NCBI GenBank assembly: GCA_041891055.1
Contig: CP169074.1
Coordinates: 64,001 to 128,000, forward strand
From: Halorutilales archaeon Cl-col2-1
GTDB lineage: Archaea; Halobacteriota; Halobacteria; Halobacteriales; Afararchaeaceae
Length of the DNA stretch: 64,000 bases
Direction of reading: 5' to 3'
Of this stretch, positions 31,537 to 40,492 are shown in pieces. Position numbers and translations under genes: made by a program. The notes under the pieces were generated by a model. It was not told the origin of the DNA and did no database searches. It saw nothing but the letters and a program-made list of their open reading frames with translations. Position 1 is the first letter of the stretch, and every line of letters begins with the position of its first letter.

Positions 31537-31824
31537 CTACTCCTGTGTCCTTCGGAGGTACTCGGCGGTCTTCTCCTCGGGAGACGCGCTCGGCATCTCC
31601 TCCTCGATCTCCTCGAATACGTTTTCGACCTCTCCCCTCTCGTGAGTCGCGTAGTCTATCTCGTCGCCACAGTCGGGGCATACGAGGTCGATGTTGTCGA
31701 GCTCTGTGTTCTCGGAGTTTCCGTCACGGTAGTAAATTTCGAACGAGTCCCTGGACAGACTCTCTCCGCAGGCGATACAGACGTGCTGTTTCCATTTCCA
31801 GACTCTCCAGTCGTTGACACTCAT
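31537..31824 (-). CDS. Small zinc-finger protein with a degenerate HNH-like motif
   Basis: CIACG..FEIYYRDGNSENTELDNIDLVCPDC follows HNH spacing but lacks the His residues. Confidence 0.6.
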   Translation of the reverse strand: MSVNDWRVWKWKQHVCIACGESLSRDSFEIYYRDGNSENTELDNIDLVCPDCGDEIDYATHERGEVENVFEEIEEEMPSASPEEKTAEYLRRTQE

Positions 31825-31850
31825 TTAGTGGTTCACCTGGGTTTTAGACC

Positions 31851-31869
31851 CTTGGTAACTATTACCAAG
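31851..31869. promoter_or_regulatory. Perfect 8-3-8 palindrome upstream of the HNH-like gene (operator or terminator)
   Basis: CTTGGTAA-cta-TTACCAAG. Confidence 0.5.
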
Positions 31870-31906
31870 TTATGACTTATATCCTTTTTGCTAACAGTTG
31901 ACATTC

Positions 31907-34711
31907 TCACCGGAGTCGGCTTACTACGCCGACCAAGACGAGTATCAAGACTAAGGGAGCTCCGACGACCTTCAGACGTGTTATGTTGAGGGAGCTCCAG
32001 CCTCCGTCAGCCCCGGTCGTGTTCTTTACGTCCCTGACAGCCTGAGTCGCCACGGTCGAGTTAGACACACGTGACCCCGTCGAGTTGACGACTTCGAGAC
32101 GGTTTCCGAGCGGATTGGTGTTGTTGTACTCGAAGATGTAGTAAGACTCGCCGCCGAGGTCTGTCTTTCCGACATACCGGTTCCCTGAGTCGAAGAAGAC
32201 GACCGACTCCGGAGGCGTAGGCACGTCGACGCTCGAATTAGAAGACGACTCAGATCCGGGGTTGAAGCTCGTCGTCGAGAAGTTCTGTTCGAAGGGCTCG
32301 ACTTCGACTTCGAAGCTTCGGTTGGTCGAGCCGCTCGAATACTGTATAGTCTTCTCACCCGTCGTGAGAGCCGTCGCCTCCACTGAGAGCGTGTCGGTAC
32401 TGTTAGACTCCCAGTCACCCTCGGCTGTTACGACTATGCTACCGTAGGTGTAGCTCACGTCGAGCCCTGACGACGAGGACGACTCGGAGACAGCAAAGCT
32501 CGAAGGGAAGGTGAGCGAGTGGGAGCCGAATCCCGTGCCACCCGTGTTACGGCTCGTGAGATTGACTATGATCGAGTCAGCCGTGTTGACCTCAGAGGGG
32601 TGGTCTACGTCTACGAAGCTTATATTGGAGGGCGAAGACTCTACGACAGCTTGGGTGTCAGTCTCAGAGTACGAGTAGATTCCGATCCCACGTGGACGTA
32701 TCGTGGGGAGACCCTCCGACGTCCTTCCCGTATTTACGACACCTTTGACGAGTATGTCGTTCCCGGCTGCGAGGTCTATTGTCGACGGATACTCGATAAC
32801 GAGCTTAGTGCCGTCCTCGCCCCTCACCACGGCTCTGTCAGTCGACTCCTCCTCTTCTACCCCTCTTGTCTCACCGACCTTGACGACTGAGGCGTTGAAA
32901 GCGGTACGTCGCGAGTAGATACTCGTAGCCTCGGAGGCGTTCACCATCGTGTACCGGTCTAGAAGACCGAGGTTGCCGGGTATACTCAGACCTCCACGTG
33001 CACCCTCACGCAGGAAAGCAGCACCTCTGACAGAGACAGCGTAATGTGTTGCCGCGCCCTCGCCGACGGTGTACGGTGAAAACACCTCGAAGTCGTCGAC
33101 CTGTATCTCCTCGGTTGAGACGCGTCCCAAGACTGTGTAGTTCTCGGCGAGACGTAGCTGTCCCGCGTGGACGTCTCTCGCGAGTACCGTGTTGTCTCCT
33201 CCATCGAGGTAGACGTCGTCCTCGCCCGCGACAGACTCCTTTATGTACTTGACATACGAGTCGAAGACGACCCTCGCACCCACGAACTCCTCGACCTCGT
33301 CCCTGTCTACTCTTATGTAATGACTGTCGCCGACTGGAACGGCGTCAACTGCCTGGAAAGTACCGAAGGGGTCTGACTGGCGTATCTCCTCGGATCCAGG
33401 TATGGCGTCGTCGTCACCACCCGTGACTGTGTCTCCGTCTACCTCTTCGAGAAAACTGGATATACGGACTATATCGAGTATGTACCACTCACCCTCCTCG
33501 ACCGAGAGACCGAAGTCGGGACGGAGGACTCCGCGGAAGTACTGACGTCTGTTCTGTCTCGGTGGATAGCTCGGGTCTTGTCTCGTGCCGTCGGACGCCC
33601 AGAACTCGACGAGTGCCGCCCTCTCCGACGTGGACTCGACCTTTGCGACGACAGTAGTTCTCTCTCCTAGGTCTAACGAATCGAGTTCAGCGACGGGTGT
33701 GGCGTCGTAGGGCTCCGAAGTCGGGGGGCTCGCGTTCTGGCTGCCTTGGTTCCCGAACGTCTCGGGTGTGAAAATCGGCTCCTTCCTCATCTCTGCTTCT
33801 CCGACTTCGGTGTAGTTCTCGCTGACTATCTGGAACTCGTGGGTGTCGAATCCGACGTCTGCGTTACGTGAGAAAGCCTCGATCCTGTACCTCCCTAGAG
33901 TGTAGCCCTCGGTGTCGAAACCCGATCCGTCGAGGTCGTCTACGTCTGCGAGATCCCATCTTCCGTCGAAGTCTTCCTCGTCGTCGGGGTCTATAGGTAC
34001 CTTCCATCTCTCGACGGTTCTCATCGAGGTACTGTCAGTCGGTGTGTTGAGTTGGTTTATCTCGACGGTAATCTCGTCGACCGTCTTTTCGACGTTCTCT
34101 GAGAACCTGCCTTCGAGACGCCCCGTTATGCTGAGAGTATCGCCCACTACGACGTTACGGTCGAGGTCGTCTATGGTGACATCAGTTCGACGTTCGACGA
34201 CTTCGAAGCTCAGAACCGATATTACGTCGTCGGAGCCCGCCTCCCCCGCCGTCTCGGCTCTCAGGGTCTCCTCAAGCTGTGAGTAGGTCCACTGAGGGTT
34301 GTTCCTGACGAGGCTCTCAAGACTACTTGCTGTATTCGAGGTTCCGAATGTACCGTCACAGCCGCTACTCACCACAATAGCACGGTAGTCGCCCGGATGT
34401 GGTTCAGTAGGCAGGTCGAAGCTAAATCTCCCTGAGCCTCCGGAGTCGAACACAGCCGTGTCGGAGACGAAGCCAGCGTTTGTGTCGTCACGTGTCACGA
34501 CGGCGACGTACTCGGGTGTCTCGTTGGTGTCACGCACCTCACACCGTGAGTCGGATGCCTCGACAGCATATACGTTAGAGTCACCGTCTCCGAAGTATAC
34601 GGTGTTGGTACTCTGGGTCACACGGTAGTCAGACGAGTCCTGTGCGGCTCCGACGGGAAGTAAGAGAAGACACAGAGACGCAACGATAACCAGAGCGGCT
34701 GAGGAACGCAT
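31907..34711 (-). CDS. Large secreted, C-terminally anchored surface protein (S-layer-like N-terminal domains, putative OB folds, Ig/CARDB-like domain)
   Basis: Sec signal peptide; C-terminal TM plus SRLR; many N-x-S/T sites; VVSSGCDGTFG..AGSDDVI resembles S-layer glycoprotein domains. Confidence 0.65.
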   Translation of the reverse strand: MRSSAALVIVASLCLLLLPVGAAQDSSDYRVTQSTNTVYFGDGDSNVYAVEASDSRCEVRDTNETPEYVAVVTRDDTNAGFVSDTAVFDSGGSGRFSFDLPTEPHPGDYRAIVVSSGCDGTFGTSNTASSLESLVRNNPQWTYSQLEETLRAETAGEAGSDDVISVLSFEVVERRTDVTIDDLDRNVVVGDTLSITGRLEGRFSENVEKTVDEITVEINQLNTPTDSTSMRTVERWKVPIDPDDEEDFDGRWDLADVDDLDGSGFDTEGYTLGRYRIEAFSRNADVGFDTHEFQIVSENYTEVGEAEMRKEPIFTPETFGNQGSQNASPPTSEPYDATPVAELDSLDLGERTTVVAKVESTSERAALVEFWASDGTRQDPSYPPRQNRRQYFRGVLRPDFGLSVEEGEWYILDIVRISSFLEEVDGDTVTGGDDDAIPGSEEIRQSDPFGTFQAVDAVPVGDSHYIRVDRDEVEEFVGARVVFDSYVKYIKESVAGEDDVYLDGGDNTVLARDVHAGQLRLAENYTVLGRVSTEEIQVDDFEVFSPYTVGEGAATHYAVSVRGAAFLREGARGGLSIPGNLGLLDRYTMVNASEATSIYSRRTAFNASVVKVGETRGVEEEESTDRAVVRGEDGTKLVIEYPSTIDLAAGNDILVKGVVNTGRTSEGLPTIRPRGIGIYSYSETDTQAVVESSPSNISFVDVDHPSEVNTADSIIVNLTSRNTGGTGFGSHSLTFPSSFAVSESSSSSGLDVSYTYGSIVVTAEGDWESNSTDTLSVEATALTTGEKTIQYSSGSTNRSFEVEVEPFEQNFSTTSFNPGSESSSNSSVDVPTPPESVVFFDSGNRYVGKTDLGGESYYIFEYNNTNPLGNRLEVVNSTGSRVSNSTVATQAVRDVKNTTGADGGWSSLNITRLKVVGAPLVLILVLVGVVSRLR

Positions 34712-34759
34712 CTTTTGTCTACTCTACTGAGCCTCGACGTATAAGAAGTTGGGTAAGAG

Positions 34760-36046
34760 TTATCCCACGACGTCGGTCACCGACTCGGCGATCCCGAGTA
34801 GCTTCGCGTCCTCGAAGCTTCCCGCGGTAATCTGGAGACCCACGGGGAGTCCGTCGACGTCGCCCGCTGGGAGGCTTATCGAGGGCACACCCGCTAAGTT
34901 GACGGGAGTAGTGTTTGCGTCGGCGAGGTACATCTGCATCGGGTCGTCGAGTGTCTCGCCTATACGGAAGGGAGTCACGGGCATAGTCGGCGAGGCAACC
35001 ACGTCGGCTTCGTCGAGAGCCTCGTCGAAGTCTCTCTTTACGAGTTCTCGGGCGTTCTGTGCCTTCTTGTAGTACTTTCCGTGGTAGCCCTCGCTCAGGG
35101 CGTAGGTTCCGAGCATTATACGGCGTTTGACCTCCTCTCCGAAACGGCTCCTCGCCTCCGAGAAAGCCTCGTTCCAGCTCTTGCCCTCTGGGTCGTCGGC
35201 TTTTCCGTACCTCACGCCGTCGAAACGCGCGAGGTTACTCGATGCCTCTCCCATGGCTATGACGTAGTAGGCGGCGAGTGCGTGTTCGAGACTCGGGAGG
35301 GAGACATAATGGTACGACGCGCCGGCGTCTTCGAGTTGGTCGAGTGCCGCCTCGAAGACCTCACGGACGCCGTCCTCTGTGCCTTCTCCGATAAGCTCCT
35401 CGGGAACCGCGATACTGAGACCGTCGACGTCTACGGGGTCTTCGACGGCTTCGACGTAACTCCCGTCGGTCGGTGCAGAAGTAGACGTCGAGTCGTTGTC
35501 GTCTTCCCCCGCGATTACGTCGAGGACACGTGCGACCGTCTCTACGTCACGTGCCATCGGACCTATGGTTTCGAGAGAGTTGGCGTAGGCGATCAGACCG
35601 TAACGGGAGACGAGACCGTAAGTGGGCTTGAGACCGACGATTCCACAGAAGGCGGCGGGACACCGTACCGAGCCGCCGGTGTCAGTCCCGAGTGCGGCGT
35701 CGACCTCTCCCGAGGCGACAGCGGCGGCACTTCCTCCCGACGACCCTCCGGGAACGTACTCCTCGTTGACGGGGTTCTTCGTGGAGCCGTAGGCACTCGT
35801 CTCTGTCGTCGTACCCATTCCGAACTCGTCCATGTTGGTCTTTCCGAGTATTCTCGCGCCCTCGTCCTTGAGACGGCTCACAGCCGTGGCGTCGTAGGGC
35901 GGGACGTAGCCTTCGAGAACCTCGGAGCCACACGTCGTCTCGACCCCCTCGGTGGATATGTTGTCCTTGACTCCGATGGTGAGGTCGGAGAGTTTGCCGT
36001 CGCCACCGCCTATCTCACACCGGCTTATGAATGCGTTGTAGCTCAT
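34760..36046 (-). CDS. gatA: Asp/Glu-tRNA amidotransferase subunit A
   Basis: GKTNMDEFGMG, GGSSGGSAAAV, GTDTGGSVRCPA, EVKRRIMLGT. Confidence 0.96.
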   Translation of the reverse strand: MSYNAFISRCEIGGGDGKLSDLTIGVKDNISTEGVETTCGSEVLEGYVPPYDATAVSRLKDEGARILGKTNMDEFGMGTTTETSAYGSTKNPVNEEYVPGGSSGGSAAAVASGEVDAALGTDTGGSVRCPAAFCGIVGLKPTYGLVSRYGLIAYANSLETIGPMARDVETVARVLDVIAGEDDNDSTSTSAPTDGSYVEAVEDPVDVDGLSIAVPEELIGEGTEDGVREVFEAALDQLEDAGASYHYVSLPSLEHALAAYYVIAMGEASSNLARFDGVRYGKADDPEGKSWNEAFSEARSRFGEEVKRRIMLGTYALSEGYHGKYYKKAQNARELVKRDFDEALDEADVVASPTMPVTPFRIGETLDDPMQMYLADANTTPVNLAGVPSISLPAGDVDGLPVGLQITAGSFEDAKLLGIAESVTDVVG

Positions 36047-36048
36047 CT

Positions 36049-36357
36049 TTAGTCTGACTCCGACACCTTAGGTGCCTTTACGTATCCGTCCTCGGTCTCG
36101 GGAGCGTTTTCGAGGACATCTTCCTGTGGGAGCGACGCCTCGACCTCGTCTTCCCTCATGACGTTCTCGAAGTCGTCGGATCTCTCGACGTCGTCGGGAA
36201 TCTCGTCGAGACCCTCGAAGTAGTCGAGTATCTGGTTGAAGTCGTCTACGAAGGGCTCGACCTCGTCTTCGTCGAGATCTATACGTGCGAGGTCGGCGAT
36301 ATGTTCGACGTCGTCACGTCCGAGCTGTGTGTCGGTACCCGTGTCGGTGTCGGTCAT
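36049..36357 (-). CDS. gatC: Amidotransferase subunit C
   Basis: VEHIADLARIDL..NVMREDEV..NAPETEDGYVKAPKV. Confidence 0.92.
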   Translation of the reverse strand: MTDTDTGTDTQLGRDDVEHIADLARIDLDEDEVEPFVDDFNQILDYFEGLDEIPDDVERSDDFENVMREDEVEASLPQEDVLENAPETEDGYVKAPKVSESD

Positions 36358-36413
36358 ACACGACAAGATACTCCGGAGCGCATAAAGAGTTTCTCAAGAC
36401 ATCCGGTTTCGAA

Positions 36414-36860
36414 TCAGCATCTCTCGTCTATGACCGCGTCTATGATCGAGGTAGTAGAGAGTATCTCGTAGTCGCGCTCCTCTCTCTTGCCTACTCTCAC
36501 GACTTCTATCTCGAATCCCCTGTCTTCGAGCTCTTCCTCAAGCTCCTCCTCGGAGTAGTACTGGTCGTAGCCGAGTGTGATTACGTCGGGGTCGAGGTCT
36601 TCGAGCGGGTCGAATATAGAGTCCTCGCTCCCGAGTACGGCGGTATCGACGGGATCGAGAGCCTCGACCATATCACGTCTCTGTCTCCCGGGTACCACGG
36701 GAGGCTCCTTGTGGTCTATCATAGACTCACGCGCAACAATGACGTGAAGCTCGTCGCCTAGCTCCCTCGACTCCGAGAGGTAATGGAGATGTCCCGGGTG
36801 GAGTAGATCGAAGGTACCCGTTGCGAGCACGCGAGTCTGCGTCTCTGCCGTCTCAGTCAT
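36414..36860 (-). CDS. ribL: Archaeal FAD synthase
   Basis: ATGTFDLLHPGH, ITLGYDQ, STTSII. Confidence 0.88.
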   Translation of the reverse strand: MTETAETQTRVLATGTFDLLHPGHLHYLSESRELGDELHVIVARESMIDHKEPPVVPGRQRRDMVEALDPVDTAVLGSEDSIFDPLEDLDPDVITLGYDQYYSEEELEEELEDRGFEIEVVRVGKREERDYEILSTTSIIDAVIDERC

Positions 36861-36864
36861 GTCT

Positions 36865-36968
36865 CAAATCCCTCCCTAATGGAGGGATTTGTGATCATCC
36901 CGAATCTGTGATTCGCGGGTACACGAGAATGAATTCTCGTGATCATCTCGAAAATTATATTATTTTCG
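36865..36968. repeat. REP-like hairpin array (four stem-loops; GTGATCATC repeated at 48-bp spacing)
   Basis: caaatccctcc/ggagggatttg, cgaatc-tgt-gattcg, cacgagaat-ga-attctcgtg, cgaaaat/attttcg. Confidence 0.7.
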
Positions 36969-37460
36969 CTCATCTCTCAACTCTTCTTCGGTGAAGTCAA
37001 AAAAGTCATCGTCTTCGTGTTCGTCGTCTAAATCGACGTCGAGGACGTCTATTTCCCTCTCTATGCCCCTGTCGTCGTAACACTCCCACGAGTTACGCGT
37101 GTAGGGATGTCCGACTATTATGTGGTAGTTGCCCTTCTTAGAGAATGTATCGAGATCCTGCTGACTCGGTATCGTGTTTCCCGAGGGATGTGAGTGGACG
37201 GTTCCAACTGTCGAGGCGTTCGTAGGTGTGGGTATCATCTCATCCCTCATCGTGGCTATCGCCTCACCCGACTCAGTACCCGGAACTACGACGACATCTG
37301 TTATCACGAGTCCGTCGCGGTCTATCCCGAGACGTCTCGCCTGAGTCGTACTCAGGAGACCCAGGAACTCGTTGGGATGGGTGTCACGGCACGTCGCTAG
37401 TATGAACTCAACCGTCTCGTCGGCGATTCCGAGGACGTTTCTGGATCTGAAGAGTCTCAT
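36960..37460 (-). CDS. JAMM/MPN+ metalloprotease (JAMM2-like)
   Basis: HPNEF catalytic Glu; HSHPSGNTIPSQQD. Confidence 0.88.
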   Translation of the reverse strand: MRLFRSRNVLGIADETVEFILATCRDTHPNEFLGLLSTTQARRLGIDRDGLVITDVVVVPGTESGEAIATMRDEMIPTPTNASTVGTVHSHPSGNTIPSQQDLDTFSKKGNYHIIVGHPYTRNSWECYDDRGIEREIDVLDVDLDDEHEDDDFFDFTEEELRDERK

Positions 37461-38140
37461 CTGAGTAGGATGTCTAAAGTCTGTCTGACCTCCGAGACCG
37501 TAAGCTGTCCGGGGGCTGTCGAGTCGTCACCGAGAGACGCATACGTCAGACGCGACCCGTAGAGGGGCGCGACGACGCGCGAGTGAGAGCCTTTCTCCCC
37601 CATCGCTATGGTACAGACATCGCCGTCGTATTCGAGTGTAGCCTCCAAGAGCCGGAGAACGTCGTCTCTCGACTCTGCTTGGACGGCGAGTTTGGGAACC
37701 CCAATACCGGAAGCTTCCGATAATATTTCGCGTATCTCGTCGTCGGAGGGAGTCGAGTCAAAGTCGTGGTACGAGGCGATTACAGTCGCCTCGGCGTCGT
37801 CGGCGGCATCGAGTACCTCGTCGTGAACCTCGTCGGAGGCGTTTAGCTCGACGTCGACTGCATCCGCGTACTCCGCAGCGCGTCTGAGGGTCTCGACACG
37901 TGCGTCCTCGTCGCCCTCGAAGTCCCCGCCCTCCCAACTCGGACGGTTGGTGGCTATAACCGGGAGGTCGACGTCGGAGTCGGTGAGACTCCGGAGACCG
38001 TCGAGTGGATCGCCGTCGGGATCGTATAGATCGAGACGTACCTCAACTGCGTCGGCTCCTCTCTCGTCGGCTTCACGTGCGTTTTCGACGAGGTCGGAAG
38101 TCAGACTTGCGACAACGAGGGGCTGTGAGAAATCTAGCAT
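37457..38140 (-). CDS. aroD: Type I 3-dehydroquinate dehydratase
   Basis: EVRLD, TNR..EGG, DVEL, SYHDF..TP, KLAV, AMG..G..SR, APGQ. Confidence 0.93.
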   Translation of the reverse strand: MLDFSQPLVVASLTSDLVENAREADERGADAVEVRLDLYDPDGDPLDGLRSLTDSDVDLPVIATNRPSWEGGDFEGDEDARVETLRRAAEYADAVDVELNASDEVHDEVLDAADDAEATVIASYHDFDSTPSDDEIREILSEASGIGVPKLAVQAESRDDVLRLLEATLEYDGDVCTIAMGEKGSHSRVVAPLYGSRLTYASLGDDSTAPGQLTVSEVRQTLDILLR

Positions 38141-38162
38141 CAGTTTCGATTGAGTTTGAGTT

Positions 38163-39311
38163 TTATTTTTCGAGAACGCTCTCCTCGACCTGTGTTCCGA
38201 AATGTCTCCCGCCTTCTTCTATGTATATCTTAATCTCGTCTCCCTCGTCTATCTCGGTCACCGACTTCGGACCGTCGGGTGTCACGAGCTTTATCGTCTC
38301 GGCGTTCTGGAGTAACGTCCTGTATCTCTCGCCGTCCTTCTCGACCTCGACGAGCATCATGGGGCGTTTCTCTATCTTCGACCTGCCGACTATCGACTGT
38401 CTCGTCTCGCCGTCCTCGTCGACTATGAGGACGTCGTCTCCGGCTTCGAGTTCGCTGAGGTACTTCGTCTCTCCGCCGGGGACACGTATGTAGGCGTGGA
38501 CGGCTCCAGCGTTGACTCGGAAGGGGCGTGACGCGACGTAGGGCGACTCGGCGGTCTCTGCGTGTACGAGGAAGAGACCGCTTGACATAGACCCGACGAG
38601 CATTCCCTCTCCTGGCTCCATGAGCGTCGCGGTGTCGACACAGACCCTGTCAGCCATCTCGGTGGGCTCGACAGTCGTGACCTCTGCGGTCGTGAGATCG
38701 ATCTCCTCCGATTCCGCCCTGTCCCTCGCCTCTACTGTGTCCTTTATGACTCCGGGATCGTCGGTGTCTAAGAGGACACCGTCGGAGCCTATTTCGAGTG
38801 TCTCGAATGCTGTCTCCGCCTCCTCCGCCGAGTCGACTCCTGCTATAAGCTGGGTCTCGTCTCCTACGTCGGCGATCAGGTTTTCGAGAGGGATTATCTT
38901 CCAGTCCTCTCCTATCGCGACGACGTAGTCGGCGTCCTTAGCCGCCTCCGCCGCGAACCTCTCGTACTCCTTGTTCTGTATCTCGACGTAGCTCGCGACA
39001 TTGCGGTCGTCGATCTGTCTTACTTTCGATAGGTCGCTTGATCCCCCTAAGTCAGGAGGGAACTCGGTCGTTCCGTCGCCCTCGGCGTCCTTTCCGACTA
39101 CGACGACGTCGGCGTCTGTCTCGACCTCCTTCGATGTGTTCGAGTCGACGAAAGCCGCTACCTTCGTCTCTCCGAGTTCGCGCACCTTCTCGACGTCTTC
39201 GTCGTCGACGAGTATGTAGTCGACGCCGCTCTCTATCGCTGCCGTAATCAGGGGAAGTCTGTCGTCCCAGTCGCCCTCGTCCGCCTTGTACCATACCTCT
39301 TTCTCTGTCAT
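38163..39311 (-). CDS. aroB': 3-dehydroquinate synthase II (archaeal AroB')
   Basis: WKIIPLENLIA, DRVCVDT, RPFRVNAGAVHAY, LQNAETI, GRHFG. Confidence 0.94.
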   Translation of the reverse strand: MTEKEVWYKADEGDWDDRLPLITAAIESGVDYILVDDEDVEKVRELGETKVAAFVDSNTSKEVETDADVVVVGKDAEGDGTTEFPPDLGGSSDLSKVRQIDDRNVASYVEIQNKEYERFAAEAAKDADYVVAIGEDWKIIPLENLIADVGDETQLIAGVDSAEEAETAFETLEIGSDGVLLDTDDPGVIKDTVEARDRAESEEIDLTTAEVTTVEPTEMADRVCVDTATLMEPGEGMLVGSMSSGLFLVHAETAESPYVASRPFRVNAGAVHAYIRVPGGETKYLSELEAGDDVLIVDEDGETRQSIVGRSKIEKRPMMLVEVEKDGERYRTLLQNAETIKLVTPDGPKSVTEIDEGDEIKIYIEEGGRHFGTQVEESVLEK

Positions 39312-40096
39312 AGTCCCGACTCCTCCATCGCCTCATCTACCGAGACGCCGCCGTGGACAATCGAGGAGATCGCATTTACCATAGACGGGACGTTGTCCCT
39401 CTGGAAGACGTTTCTTCCCATCGCGACACCTCTCGCTCCGACGTCCATCGCGTCACTTATGTCCTGGAGAACCTCCCTCTCTGTCTCAGCCTTGGGTCCG
39501 CCGGCTATAACGACGGGCGCGGGACAGCCCTCTATGACCTGTCTGTACTCGTCGGGGTCTCCGGTGTAGGCGGTCTTTACGACATCGGCTCCGAGTTCGG
39601 CTCCTATACGTGTCGCATGGGCTATGTTCTCGACGTCGGCGCTGTCGACGTCGTGTCCACGTACGTACATCATAGCTACGAGAGGCATACCGTACTTCTC
39701 ACACTCGTCGGCGACCTTACCGAGATCCTGAAGCTGCTGTGGCTCGGTTTCGCTTCCGACGTTGACCTGTACAGAGACGGCGTCGGCGCCGCGGCGCACA
39801 GCCTCCTCCACGGTTCCTACGAGAACCTTGTTGTTAGGCTCGCCGAGAGAAGTAGCCGCGTTTATGTGGACGATCAGACCCATGTCACGTCCCTTTCCTC
39901 TGTGTCCCTCACTCACTATACCTTTCTGCATCAGAACAGCGTCGCCGCCGCCCTCTGCTATGTCGTTTACCGTGGATTCGAGATCTCTTAGCCCCTCGAC
40001 GGGGCCAATAGAGACGCCGTGATCCATTGGGATAATTACGAAGTTCTTCGACTCCCTGTCACGTATCCTGTCGAGCCGTATCTCCTTACCAATCAT
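39308..40096 (-). CDS. aroA': 2-amino-3,7-dideoxy-D-threo-hept-6-ulosonate synthase (class I aldolase)
   Basis: PMDHGVS.GP, ELGADVVKT.Y, AGGPK, GRNVFQ; in an operon with aroB' and aroD. Confidence 0.92.
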   Translation of the reverse strand: MIGKEIRLDRIRDRESKNFVIIPMDHGVSIGPVEGLRDLESTVNDIAEGGGDAVLMQKGIVSEGHRGKGRDMGLIVHINAATSLGEPNNKVLVGTVEEAVRRGADAVSVQVNVGSETEPQQLQDLGKVADECEKYGMPLVAMMYVRGHDVDSADVENIAHATRIGAELGADVVKTAYTGDPDEYRQVIEGCPAPVVIAGGPKAETEREVLQDISDAMDVGARGVAMGRNVFQRDNVPSMVNAISSIVHGGVSVDEAMEESGL

Positions 40097-40155
40097 GTGA
40101 TAACCTATATCATGCCAGAGTATTTTATGGTTGTCCTTCAGTTCAGAGAAAAAAG

Positions 40156-40395
40156 TCAGTCGCCTAGTGCTTCGGCGACCGTGTCGGCGAGGTCGTCGGC
40201 GTTCTCGAACGGGAAGTCGTCGCTTATTGCCTTGCCTATCTCGACCGCAGAGAACGACTCTCCGTCAACCTCTACAGTTGTCGAGAGACCGTCGGGGAGA
40301 TGCGGGACGAGATCCATTGGCTTCTCTACGGGGTAGCTCGCGTCCTCTACGACCTCGTAGATCCTGTCACGCAGATCCTCAGTATCGGTATCCAT
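40156..40395 (-). CDS. MTH865 family protein
   Basis: ASYPVEKPMDLVPHLPDG..T..DFPFENADDL. Confidence 0.82.
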   Translation of the reverse strand: MDTDTEDLRDRIYEVVEDASYPVEKPMDLVPHLPDGLSTTVEVDGESFSAVEIGKAISDDFPFENADDLADTVAEALGD

Positions 40396-40431
40396 ACAGA
40401 CGCGTTTCGGCGAGTTAACAAACATCTTTTC

Positions 40432-40446
40432 ATAACCAGAGGTTAT
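40432..40446. promoter_or_regulatory. Palindromic putative operator upstream of the thrC2-ubl BRE/TATA
   Basis: ATAACC-aga-GGTTAT; AGTAGAAA-ATATTATAA promoter-like element at 40453-40469. Confidence 0.5.
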
Positions 40447-40492
40447 ATCCTGAGTAGAAAATATTATAACCGTGCATTACATCTCTGGCTGT

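Noticed and set aside
35081-36052. 323-aa ORF antisense to gatA (similarly 24880-25818, 13961-14611, 39353-39991, 17397-18098)
   Set aside because: These are shadow ORFs. Acidic GAC/GAG/GTC-rich codon usage leaves the antisense frames stop-poor, and the translations are V/L/R/S-rich with no motifs.
34760-36357. gatCA without gatB, and gatE without gatD, as incomplete systems
   Set aside because: These subunits are commonly unlinked in haloarchaea; the partners are probably outside the window.
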